Shown here: one piece after another, positions 1 to 9,155 of the stretch | Layout of the letters: every line of letters starts with the position of its first letter | How positions within the stretch are numbered: the first letter of the stretch is position 1 | Source: an uncultured Bacillus sp. | GTDB taxonomy: Bacteria > Bacillota > Bacilli > Bacillales > Cytobacillaceae | Length of the DNA stretch: 43,730 nucleotides | Direction: 5' to 3' | Assembly (NCBI GenBank): GCA_963524115.1 | Contig: CAURFY010000001.1 | Location: 1-43,730, forward strand | The notes under the pieces: model-generated | Told to the model about the DNA's origin: nothing | Database searches by the model: none | Seen by the model: only the letters and a program-made list of their open reading frames with translations | Position numbers and translations under genes: made by a program

Positions 1-2
1 GT

Positions 3-428
3 GTCGGTAAGGTTTCAGAGGTGACAAGCAAGCTGTTATTAGTAACGAAAGAAGCACTATATAAAGGAATTGAACAGGCGCAAGTGGGAAATCGGATTGG
101 CGACATTGGCCATGCCATCCAAACTTATGCTGAGGGTGAGGGCTTTTCAGTTGTCCGGAACTTTATTGGACATGGGATTGGGGCAGTCATTCATGAGAAA
201 CCGGATGTTCCTCATTTTGGGCTCCCAGGGAAGGGTGCTCGCATAAAGGAAGGTATGGTATTCACGATTGAGCCTATGATCAATGTGGGAAGTTATCATT
301 CTAAAATGGATGATAATGGTTGGACAGCAAGAACAATTGACGGGAAAAATTCAGCCCAATATGAGCATACAATTGCAATCACAAAAGATGGCCCAATCAT
401 TTTAACGGACCAAGATAATTTGAAGTAA
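3..428 (+). CDS. map: Type I methionine aminopeptidase, 5'-truncated by window edge
   Basis: GHGIG..IHEKP, FTIEPMIN and SAQYEHTIAIT motifs. Confidence 0.95.
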   Translation, partial: VGKVSEVTSKLLLVTKEALYKGIEQAQVGNRIGDIGHAIQTYAEGEGFSVVRNFIGHGIGAVIHEKPDVPHFGLPGKGARIKEGMVFTIEPMINVGSYHSKMDDNGWTARTIDGKNSAQYEHTIAITKDGPIILTDQDNLK

Positions 429-461
429 ACGTGAAATACGATATGATTTATTCAAAGAAAT

Positions 462-482
462 GAGCCGGCAGTTTGCCGGCTC
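462..482. terminator. Hairpin between convergent map and yfkK
   Basis: GAGCCGGCA-gtt-TGCCGGCTC perfect stem. Confidence 0.7.
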
Positions 483-521
483 TAGTCTTTTTAAAAAGTT
501 TTTGCAATTTACTCTCGTTAT

Positions 522-749
522 TTAATACTTTTTTCTAAGACTCCCAAGTTCTTCGACAATCGCCTGCATTTCACTAATGCTGAAGGAGTCCTTTCTCATG
601 ACAAGATCGTAAATCTCCTTGAGTTCTTCATACATTTCTTCGTCAAAATGGGAAGGTTTGATGGCCCCGAAGTTTAAAACTTTCAATTTTTCCTTCATTT
701 TTTCAATCATATATTCCACATTTTCAACTGATTTTTGAGATAAATTCAA
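522..749 (-). CDS. yfkK: DUF1128/UPF0435 family protein
   Basis: [16 protein letters not shown]...[14 protein letters not shown]; synteny with yfk genes. Confidence 0.85.
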   Translation of the reverse strand: MNLSQKSVENVEYMIEKMKEKLKVLNFGAIKPSHFDEEMYEELKEIYDLVMRKDSFSISEMQAIVEELGSLRKKY

Positions 750-919
750 ACATAGTCATCCTTTCACGGGTGGTATGGTTTCCATCTTTTCATGTTCATA
801 AATGAAAGTCAACGAAAACAAACCGTCATGTACTATTGACTTGCAAGTTCAGGGAAATATCGAGAAAATAAAGGAATGAGAAATGTACATTTATATTATT
901 GAAAGGTGGAGAAAGATTA

Positions 920-1279
920 ATGAGTGAAACAAATTATTTTTGGAAAGGGGTTTTGATTGGAGCTATGGCTGGGGGGGTTCTAAGCATGCTGGACAAGCAA
1001 ACCCGTAATGCCGTTATCAGCAATTACCAGAAAACCTCAAAAAATGTGACCTACTTGGTAAAAAACCCTTCTGTTATCGTTGATAAAGTTAAGACTACTT
1101 CTGAACAAATGCGCCAAACATTTGAACAAGTAAGTGAAGATATTTTCTTTATAAAAGATAGGGTAGATGAATTGACTCAAGTGGCTCCTCACGATGTGGA
1201 CAGTTCTGAAGAAAAAAAGAATGCGTTTTTTGAAAATGGAGATACATATACAGAAGTGGATTCAATCGCAAATAACTGA
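920..1279 (+). CDS. yfkI: YtxH-like general stress protein (YfkI-like)
   Basis: N-terminal FWKGVLIGAMAGG membrane anchor then helical region; GGTGGAG RBS before ATG 920; upstream of yfkH. Confidence 0.7.
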   Translation: MSETNYFWKGVLIGAMAGGVLSMLDKQTRNAVISNYQKTSKNVTYLVKNPSVIVDKVKTTSEQMRQTFEQVSEDIFFIKDRVDELTQVAPHDVDSSEEKKNAFFENGDTYTEVDSIANN

Positions 1280-1325
1280 AGAATAAGGAAAATTGAACGT
1301 TTTCCGAAAGAAAAAAGGTGAAGAC

Positions 1326-2147
1326 ATGGTACGAATCAACTCATCCTTTATTAAGTTTTTGTGGGTTCGGATTGGAAGGGACGATATCCCTGGTATGGCG
1401 GCTCAATTAGCTTATTTTTTCTTGCTATCGTTGTTTCCTTTATTGATATTTTTAGTGACATTGCTTCCATACTTGTCCATAACGCAGGATTATCTGTTGA
1501 GCTATATTCGTGATTTTGCCCCAGGAGAGTCTATGGACTTAATTGAAACAAGCATAAATGAAGTGATGAATAAAAACGTGAAATTACTTTCCTTCGGGAT
1601 TATTGCGACCCTCTGGTCTGCTTCTAACGGTATCAATGCGATCGTCAGTGCATTTAATAAAGCTTATGATGTAAAGGAAACCAGGTCCTTCATAGTGGCA
1701 AGGGGTATTGCTATTCTTTTGACGTTAGGGATGATATTGGTTATTATCGTTGCTTTACTTCTTCCAGTATTCGGGAAGCATATTGGGGTATTCTTATTTG
1801 CGAAATTTGGTTTTTCAAAACAGTTTTTATCAGGTTGGAATGCACTCCGTTGGCTTATTAGTCCGCTCTTTTTATTCATTATTTTTACCGGCTTGTACTG
1901 GATTGCACCTAATCATAAACTAACTTGTTTAAGTGCGATTCCTGGTGCCCTTTTTTCCACAATTGGATGGGCGATTACGTCTCTTTCTTTTTCCTTTTAC
2001 GTTGGTAACTTTGGTAATTATACTGCTACTTATGGAAGTATTGGAGCCATTATTGTTCTAATGATCTGGTTTTATTTATCAGGTTTTGTAATTATTTTGG
2101 GCGGTGAAATCAATGCTTATTTTACAGAAAAAAAAAGTAGCTGTTAA
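1326..2147 (+). CDS. yfkH: YihY/BrkB family membrane protein
   Basis: AAQLAYFFLLSLFP, YGSIGAIIVLMIWFY and GGEINA motifs. Confidence 0.92.
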   Translation: MVRINSSFIKFLWVRIGRDDIPGMAAQLAYFFLLSLFPLLIFLVTLLPYLSITQDYLLSYIRDFAPGESMDLIETSINEVMNKNVKLLSFGIIATLWSASNGINAIVSAFNKAYDVKETRSFIVARGIAILLTLGMILVIIVALLLPVFGKHIGVFLFAKFGFSKQFLSGWNALRWLISPLFLFIIFTGLYWIAPNHKLTCLSAIPGALFSTIGWAITSLSFSFYVGNFGNYTATYGSIGAIIVLMIWFYLSGFVIILGGEINAYFTEKKSSC

Positions 2148-2237
2148 ATCCCTTAAGTTTCCTTTATTAAAATTCCCATTCCGATAAATGATAAGGAAGG
2201 GGAAATTTAATTGTATCTTGAAATGGAGGCTAATCTC

Positions 2238-2342
2238 ATGGCGAAGCATACAAAAAAAGACGGTGGAACAAAACAAAAAGGCAAGGGTAGTCCAAAGCAA
2301 AAAACCTCTGGATCTGCCAATGGGCAAAACGGTTATCATTAA
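2238..2342 (+). CDS. 34-aa basic small protein MAKHTKKDGGTKQKGKGSPKQKTSGSANGQNGYH
   Basis: GGAGG RBS (2225-2229) 8 nt before ATG; terminator directly after stop; not in ORF track. Confidence 0.75.
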   Translation: MAKHTKKDGGTKQKGKGSPKQKTSGSANGQNGYH

Positions 2343-2350
2343 TTAAGAAA

Positions 2351-2379
2351 AGCGGGAAGCATATCAAATGCTTCCCGCT
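2351..2379. terminator. Bidirectional terminator
   Basis: AGCGGGAAGCAT-atcaa-ATGCTTCCCGCT between convergent genes. Confidence 0.8.
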
Positions 2380-2404
2380 ATTTATTTACCCTTCAGTGTA
2401 GACC

Positions 2405-4375
2405 TTATTTTAATAATCTCAAGCTATTCAAAATAACTAAAATGGTACTACCTTCATGACCAATAACACCTAATGGTAAATCAAGTACTTGAAAGAAATT
2501 AGAAACAATAAGAAGCATAATAATGGAGATTGAAAACACCACGTTTTGTTTAACAATTTTATTCATCCGTTGGGAAAGGGTAATAGCTTCAGCGATTTTA
2601 GGTAAATCATTTTTCATGAGGACGACATCGGCAGTTTCTAAAGCAACGTCCGTTCCTTCCCCCATTGCAATTCCGACTGTTGCTGTGGCAAGTGCGGGGG
2701 CATCGTTAATACCATCTCCAACCATTGCAACGGAGCCGTATTGATTTTTCAATTTCCTTAAATGGTTAACCTTTATTTCAGGAAGACACTCTGCGAAATA
2801 ATCATCAACATGGCTCTCAGTAGCAATGGCCTGAGCGGTTTTTTCGCTGTCACCGGTTAACATAACTGTGTGAATTCCTTTTGCTTTAAGTGTGTCAATT
2901 GCCATCTTTGTTTCATCTCTAACCACATCTTTAAGGGCAATCATCCCCGATAGTTCATCATCGATTTTGATAAACACAATGGTTTTTCCTTCGCTGGCTA
3001 AGGTTTTAGCTGCACCAGAAGCAAACGACTCTGCTTCTATTTTTCCGACAAAGTCTGCCTTCCCAATTTTCCATATTTCATTTTCAACGGTTGCTTTTAT
3101 TCCCCATCCAGCAACATCTTCTATATAATTTGGGTGCAATAAATCCATCTTTAAAGTATCTTTAACGTATTGAACAATTGCTTGCGCTAAAGGATGGTTA
3201 GAGTGGTTCTCGATTGCCCCAACTTTGAGGAGAAGATCTTCCCTAGGTAGCCCGCCTTTTACAATAAAATTCGTCACTTCAGGCTTCCCTTTTGTTAAAG
3301 TCCCTGTCTTATCTAAGGCGATGGCTTTTAAATGTCCAAGGTTTTCTAGATGAACGCCCCCCTTAAATAAAATCCCGTGCTTTGCACCATTAGATATTGC
3401 TGATAATGAAGCTGGCATAATGGAAGCAACAAGGGCACATGGTGATGCCACAACAAGTAAAATCATGGCTCGATAAAAGGTTTCTGTCCAGGTCCAGTCT
3501 AATAAAAAATGAGGTACGAACATCATTAGTAACACAATGGCTAAAACGACCTTGACGTACCTTCCCTCAAATTGTTCGATAAACAGTTGTGAAGGTGACT
3601 TTTCACTTTGAGCTGATTGAACCAATTCAATAATTTTATGAAACAAAGTTTCGTCGTTAGACTTTGTAATGGTAACGTTTATTGACCCTGTTAAATTGAC
3701 CGTTCCGGCAAAAATGTCATGATTAATTCCCTTGGTTACGGGCATTGCTTCACCCGTAATCGTGGCTTCGTCAATAGTGGTCTGGCCTTTGGTAATTTTT
3801 CCATCGGAAGGAACACGTTCGCCTGGTTTTATTAATATTAAATCACCGACAACTAGTTCGGAGACATGAACTCTTTTTTCGATACCATTATTGATTCGCA
3901 AAGCTTCTTCAGGTTGAAGCTTCATTAACGAAGAAATTTCCTTACGACTTTTATTCATGGTATAGGTTTCTAAAGCACCACTTAACGCGAAAATAAAGAT
4001 AAGCATTGCTCCTTCTGTCCAATAGCCAATAATGGCAGACCCAATTGCCGCAAATACCATCAACATTTCCACATTTAATTCCTTATTCTCAATGGTTGAT
4101 TCAATTCCTTGTTTTGCTTTGGCGAATCCACCAATCATAAACGCTAAAAGATAGGCTGCTATAGAAGCAGTTGCTGCATCAAAGTGGTTTAAAACCCATC
4201 CTGTAGCAATTAACACTCCGCAAATTACTGCCGCTGCTAATTCTGCATGTGGAAGTAGTTTATCGATAAACGTTAGATCCTGTGAAGGCTCGACTTGACT
4301 AATCGTTTTTACATCCGTACTAATGGGAATCCCCTCCTGTTTAATGACCCTTGTGTCGTTTCCAAATTTCATCAT
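2405..4375 (-). CDS. P1B-4 heavy-metal (Fe2+/Co2+/Zn2+) P-type ATPase, PfeT/ZosA-like; true start uncertain (possibly ATT at 4324)
   Basis: TGE, SPC in TM, DKTGT, GDGIND and GHEGST motifs. Confidence 0.93.
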   Translation of the reverse strand: MMKFGNDTRVIKQEGIPISTDVKTISQVEPSQDLTFIDKLLPHAELAAAVICGVLIATGWVLNHFDAATASIAAYLLAFMIGGFAKAKQGIESTIENKELNVEMLMVFAAIGSAIIGYWTEGAMLIFIFALSGALETYTMNKSRKEISSLMKLQPEEALRINNGIEKRVHVSELVVGDLILIKPGERVPSDGKITKGQTTIDEATITGEAMPVTKGINHDIFAGTVNLTGSINVTITKSNDETLFHKIIELVQSAQSEKSPSQLFIEQFEGRYVKVVLAIVLLMMFVPHFLLDWTWTETFYRAMILLVVASPCALVASIMPASLSAISNGAKHGILFKGGVHLENLGHLKAIALDKTGTLTKGKPEVTNFIVKGGLPREDLLLKVGAIENHSNHPLAQAIVQYVKDTLKMDLLHPNYIEDVAGWGIKATVENEIWKIGKADFVGKIEAESFASGAAKTLASEGKTIVFIKIDDELSGMIALKDVVRDETKMAIDTLKAKGIHTVMLTGDSEKTAQAIATESHVDDYFAECLPEIKVNHLRKLKNQYGSVAMVGDGINDAPALATATVGIAMGEGTDVALETADVVLMKNDLPKIAEAITLSQRMNKIVKQNVVFSISIIMLLIVSNFFQVLDLPLGVIGHEGSTILVILNSLRLLK

Positions 4376-4385
4376 TGTTGAGAAG

Positions 4386-4404
4386 GATAATCACAATCAT
4401 TATC
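4386..4404. promoter_or_regulatory. Fur box upstream of P1B-4 ATPase
   Basis: GATAATCACAATCATTATC, 17/19 match to GATAATGATAATCATTATC. Confidence 0.8.
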
Positions 4405-4545
4405 CTTATAAAATGACGAAAGCTGTCATCCAGAGATGACAGCAGACAAGCACACAAATTATTCGTTCACATAATGATCACAATTTAGTGTATCACGAAC
4501 AGAAGGGGCTGGAAAAGATTTTTGCCTAGATGTTGATTCCAATAA

Positions 4546-5721
4546 TTAGGGAGTATTTGTTTGACAAGATTTTTGGGGTTGGAACCCTGCGATAGCTATA
4601 AAAATGAGTAATAACATAAAACTGATAACATAGAAAAAACTGCTTGCTGGTAAAAATTGAATCGCCATTCCACCGATAAAAGGACCGCTAATACTACCAA
4701 CACTATAAAAAATACCGCACATTAAATTTCCAGCAGGTAATAACTCCCTTGGAAGAATATCTGCCATAAAACTAATTCCAAGTGAGAATGTGGACCCAAC
4801 CAACATGCCAGCAATAAAAAAGCTGATGGTTAGCCCCATAATAGAATGATGGAGTAGACCTGCAACGGTAAAACAGCCAAACCCCAAGATCATGACTGCC
4901 AATAAGATATTTTTTCGACCATATTTATCGCTCAATATTCCAAGCGGCAATTGAAAAATAATACTGCCAAAAGCAAAAGAGGGTAAAATAATCGAAACCG
5001 CACCAACATCAATTCCATTCCGTAGGGCATATACAGGGAAATTTCCATTAAGCGAAGTTTCCATAAACCCATATCCAAATGGGGGGAGAAAAGCCACCCA
5101 TGCATATTTACATACTTGACCAAATCTTTTAAAGGAGCTAAAGAAGGACTGCGTTTCAACTATTTTTTCTGGGAAATCGTTTTTTAACAGTAACAAAGTA
5201 CTCCAAGCCACAAGACTGAATAGGGAGGAGAGAAAAAAAGGCAAAGCCTCGTTAATTTCAACCAGTCTGGTCATTAGAGGCCCAGCAGCAAATCCAAGTC
5301 CAAAAAACAATCCATAAAGGGAAATATTCCGGCCTCGCCTATGGGCTGGTGAAAACGATGTAATCCAAGTTTGTGTTCCAAAATGAAGCATATGGTCTCC
5401 GATTCCAATAATTAAACGAAGAATAAACCAAAACCAAAATGACTTCCAAATAGGAAATAATGCAATAGAAATCACAACAGATATACCGCCAATTAATATA
5501 ACGGGTTTATACCCGAATCTCCTTAAAGAGCTTTCCATAAAAGGAGAGATAAGAAGGACGCCAATGTATAACCCAGTAGCATGAAATCCATTTAAGGTTG
5601 AAGATAATCCGTCTTTTTCAAATATAATGGCAATAAGCGGAAGAAGCATACCTTGTGAATATCCCGAAATGGCGACAATCCCTATTAAGATCCAAAAACG
5701 CAATCGCAGTTTATCATCCAT
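4546..5721 (-). CDS. yfkF: MFS transporter
   Basis: Multi-TM profile, GILSDKYGRK motif A; divergent from yfkE as in B. subtilis. Confidence 0.85.
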   Translation of the reverse strand: MDDKLRLRFWILIGIVAISGYSQGMLLPLIAIIFEKDGLSSTLNGFHATGLYIGVLLISPFMESSLRRFGYKPVILIGGISVVISIALFPIWKSFWFWFILRLIIGIGDHMLHFGTQTWITSFSPAHRRGRNISLYGLFFGLGFAAGPLMTRLVEINEALPFFLSSLFSLVAWSTLLLLKNDFPEKIVETQSFFSSFKRFGQVCKYAWVAFLPPFGYGFMETSLNGNFPVYALRNGIDVGAVSIILPSFAFGSIIFQLPLGILSDKYGRKNILLAVMILGFGCFTVAGLLHHSIMGLTISFFIAGMLVGSTFSLGISFMADILPRELLPAGNLMCGIFYSVGSISGPFIGGMAIQFLPASSFFYVISFMLLLIFIAIAGFQPQKSCQTNTP

Positions 5722-5876
5722 TATTATTTCTCCATAGTATATTTTTCCCTATGATGGTAACTTCATTATCAGAGCTTTGCAAGGAAAATCGTTTTTTTAT
5801 TCCACAAAGAGATGAAATAGTGTAATCTCAAAATAACAAGAGGAAATAATTGGCTTCGGAAAAAGGAGAGTTAGAA

Positions 5877-6935
5877 ATGGTAAATAAAATATTCTTTATA
5901 GGTGTTCTCATTGGTGTACCCCTGTCCATTATTGGGACTCTGATGCATTGGTCAAGTATTCTGTTATTTGTTATTTATTGTTTAACGATTATCGCTTTAG
6001 CTAGTTTTATGGGAAGAGCAACAGAAAGCTTAGCGATAGTGACTGGACCGCGAATTGGCGGGTTATTAAATGCTACATTTGGGAATGCTGTGGAATTAAT
6101 CATCTCAATCTTTGCTTTAAAAGCAGGGCTTGTAGGTGTTGTGCTTGCTTCATTAACTGGTTCTGTCCTAGGGAACTTACTACTGGTTGCAGGGCTGTCT
6201 TTTTTCATTGGCGGAATAAAGTTTAAACGTCAACAATTTAATGTTTTCGATGCAAGGCACAATTCCGGTTTATTAATGTTTGCTGTGTTTGTTGCATTCG
6301 TTATTCCTGAAGTATTTTCCATGGAAATGAATGAAAGCAAAATTTTAACCCTTAGTGTCGGTATCTCGGTTATTTTAATTTTACTTTATTTGTCTGCATT
6401 ATTTTTTAAGCTTGTTACTCACCGTGGAGTTTATCAGCCTAGTGAATCGGAAGTGCGACATGAAGAAGAAGAACCAGAGTGGAGCAAAGGGAAAGCCCTC
6501 ACGATCCTGGCGGTGGCAACTCTTGCAGTTGCCTATGTATCGGAAAACCTTGTCCATACTTTTGAGACGGTTGCCCATTCTTTTGGTTGGACAGAATTAT
6601 TTATCGGGATCATTATCGTCGCCATTGTTGGAAACGCAGCTGAACATGCTTCAGCAGTCCTGATGGCGATAAAAAATAAAATGGATATTGCAGTGGAAAT
6701 TGCAGTTGGTTCCACTTTACAGGTTGCCATGTTTGTTGCACCCGTACTTGTGCTGGCTTCCCTCTTTTTCGATACCGCTATGCCGCTTGTTTTCACATTA
6801 CCAGAGTTAGTTGCCATGGTGTCAGCAGTTATGTTAATGGTGATTATTTCTAATGATGGGGAAACAAACTGGTTTGAAGGAGCAACCTTACTAGCAGCCT
6901 ATGTCATTATGGGGATTGGCTTTTATTTGTTATAA
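5877..6935 (+). CDS. chaA: Ca2+/H+ antiporter (CAX family, ChaA/YfkE)
   Basis: GNAVE and GNAAEH alpha-repeat motifs. Confidence 0.95.
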   Translation: MVNKIFFIGVLIGVPLSIIGTLMHWSSILLFVIYCLTIIALASFMGRATESLAIVTGPRIGGLLNATFGNAVELIISIFALKAGLVGVVLASLTGSVLGNLLLVAGLSFFIGGIKFKRQQFNVFDARHNSGLLMFAVFVAFVIPEVFSMEMNESKILTLSVGISVILILLYLSALFFKLVTHRGVYQPSESEVRHEEEEPEWSKGKALTILAVATLAVAYVSENLVHTFETVAHSFGWTELFIGIIIVAIVGNAAEHASAVLMAIKNKMDIAVEIAVGSTLQVAMFVAPVLVLASLFFDTAMPLVFTLPELVAMVSAVMLMVIISNDGETNWFEGATLLAAYVIMGIGFYLL

Positions 6936-7116
6936 GAATCAAAAAGGGTTTGAAATGGCGAAATGGTTGCTGTTTCAAACCCGTTTTATTTTTTGGATAT
7001 AAAAATTGAATTGATTTGATGTTATTTTTTTGTAAATGGTTGAATCGATGGATAATATTTGTGTACTCCGAAAAAACTATCATTATTAATGATAGGAAGT
7101 GAGTGAGTTCGACCTT

Positions 7117-7938
7117 ATGAGAAAATTATTATCTATCAGTGCGCTTTGTTTTCTTTTTATGCTTTCTTTCTTACCGCCTACTTTTGCAGAGCAAGGGCAA
7201 AAGAAGACGGTACAACCAAAAGTTGAAAAATATCCTATTCCAAATTCGGTAAAGAACATTGCTAAGGAGAATACATATCCGAATGCTACCCAGGATATGC
7301 CACAATTACAGCCAAGTGAACTAACCAAGAAGCTGCTCCAATCTTCAAGGGTAAAAGTTGAAAACCCAGATTTAATCAGAATGCTGAATGAATCATCTAT
7401 TAATAGTACGCCATTTGCTTTAGGGTATCGAGCGATTATTTACCTGGGTCAGTGGCCACTAAATTATGAATCAACTGAAACTGCACCTAATTGGGAATAC
7501 CAAAGAATTAACACGAATTATTTTGATAATCGGGGTACAACCACGTTATATCAAATCCATTATGTTCAAGAGGCACAAAAGCTTGTTCGCGGTGGACTGA
7601 CAGCAAAAATCCCCAATTCAGAAGATGTGAAAAAAATGATGTTGTTAAAAGCAATGCAAAAAACAAATCTTCCACTAGCATTTGAAACAGTAATTGGACT
7701 TGGCACAAAAAATGATCAAATATATAACATTCCAGCAAATCGGCTAGGATATTTGTATTCCTATGCACCGGCCGTTAATGAAAAAGGAAAGGTTACATAT
7801 GGTGAGGTTTATTTAACTTTAAAAGGCAATAAGAAGGTAATCATCATTAAAAACGTCACTTCACAGGGAGTCGGTGCATGGATTCCAATCCAGGATCATG
7901 TTTCCTTTGGCTTTGCAGTTTCTGAACGACCACGCTAA
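7117..7938 (+). CDS. yfkD: YfkD family exported protein
   Basis: Signal peptide; IAKENTYPN and IYLGQWPLNYES motifs; follows yfkE. Confidence 0.88.
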   Translation: MRKLLSISALCFLFMLSFLPPTFAEQGQKKTVQPKVEKYPIPNSVKNIAKENTYPNATQDMPQLQPSELTKKLLQSSRVKVENPDLIRMLNESSINSTPFALGYRAIIYLGQWPLNYESTETAPNWEYQRINTNYFDNRGTTTLYQIHYVQEAQKLVRGGLTAKIPNSEDVKKMMLLKAMQKTNLPLAFETVIGLGTKNDQIYNIPANRLGYLYSYAPAVNEKGKVTYGEVYLTLKGNKKVIIIKNVTSQGVGAWIPIQDHVSFGFAVSERPR

Positions 7939-8061
7939 AACCGAAAAACGCCATTCTTTGGCGTTTTTTCTTAATAAAGGAAGACCAATATTCCCACCCA
8001 TTGGAGCGATTAAGATACAATGATATAAATACAAAAACTTCATGTGTGGGGGCGGAGTATT

Positions 8062-8685
8062 GTGGACGAAGACAATAGGAAAATCGCTGCTGTTGTCCTT
8101 GCTGCGGGTCTGTCAAAAAGAATGAACGAACCTAAGCAATTTTTGCCACTTAGGGGTGTTCCACTTTTCATGCATGCGGTCTCTTTAGCCTCGGAGTGCG
8201 GACTAGAACCAATTGTTTTAGTCATAGGGGAGAACGAGGGCGAGTACGCAAAATACCCCGAGGATTACCCAAATATTATCCTTTTGCAGAATCCCTGATT
8301 TCGAGAAGGGATGGGCCCCTCTCTCCAATTGGGTGTCCAGTTTCTTAAAGATCAAGTTAAGGCAATTATGATTTTCCTTGCAGATCAACCTTTCGTCACA
8401 AAAGAGGTGGTCATCCAGATGATCAATAAATATCATGAATTGGGAGTACGACCACAATACGCGATAATACGCCCAACCTATGAGAATATAGAAGGCCATC
8501 CTGTTTTGTTTGATAGTTCGTTATTTCCTGAATTTCATTTTCTTAGTGGGGATACTGGTGGAAGAACTATTATAAAAAAATATCGCCAATTTTTGCACAT
8601 CATTCCTTTTGACAAACAAATATATGGATTTGATATTGATACACCTGAAGATTATCTGTTGGCTAAAAGGTTGAGCGATTTATGA
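8062..8685 (+). pseudogene. MocA/YgfJ-like nucleotidyltransferase interrupted by in-frame TGA (8296-8298)
   Basis: LAAGLSKRM..PKQ N-terminal half and LADQPFV/GHPVLF/GDTGGR/DIDTPEDY C-terminal half are in the same frame: NP*FREGMG. Confidence 0.85.
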
Positions 8686-8689
8686 CTAC

Positions 8690-8719
8690 ATTTAATTTCC
8701 CTCATTCAAGGGAATACTA
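8690..8719 (+). promoter_or_regulatory. Possible SigF/SigB-type promoter
   Basis: ATTTA-N15-GGGAATACTA. Confidence 0.35.
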
Positions 8720-8811
8720 AAGACAAATTGGTTCAGGATATTTAAGAAATACATTGCCAAATTCCTGAATTTTCGATAGGATGGTATCGAAACTGAAAAG
8801 GAGTGAATACT

Positions 8812-8997
8812 TTGGGTAGCAAAATCAATGATAAAAACACTCAAGTAGACTTTTTAAAGCACCGCTTAAATATGTTCCTAGATGTATTAGATGCCATTGA
8901 TCCTGAGGATGCAGATGTAGAAGATATTGATCGTCTTATTTCTTTTATTGATGATCTAGAATCAAAATGTCGTGAATTTAATAATCGGGAAGACTAA
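8812..8997 (+). CDS. SE1561 family small protein
   Basis: LKHRLNMFLDVLDAIDPE..DIDRLI; AAGGAG RBS before TTG 8812. Confidence 0.75.
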   Translation: MGSKINDKNTQVDFLKHRLNMFLDVLDAIDPEDADVEDIDRLISFIDDLESKCREFNNRED

Positions 8998-9155
8998 GTG
9001 CCAGATAATCTCTGGCCTTTTTTTTTGGATAAAAGGCGGAGCGTATTTGGCTTTTCAACCTAACGTTCTAAAGAGTATAATAGAAGTTGTGAGAAATAAT
9101 GAAAATATTCAAACTTAAGAAAAAATATAAGGGACAATGTGGAAGGGGATGCCAA

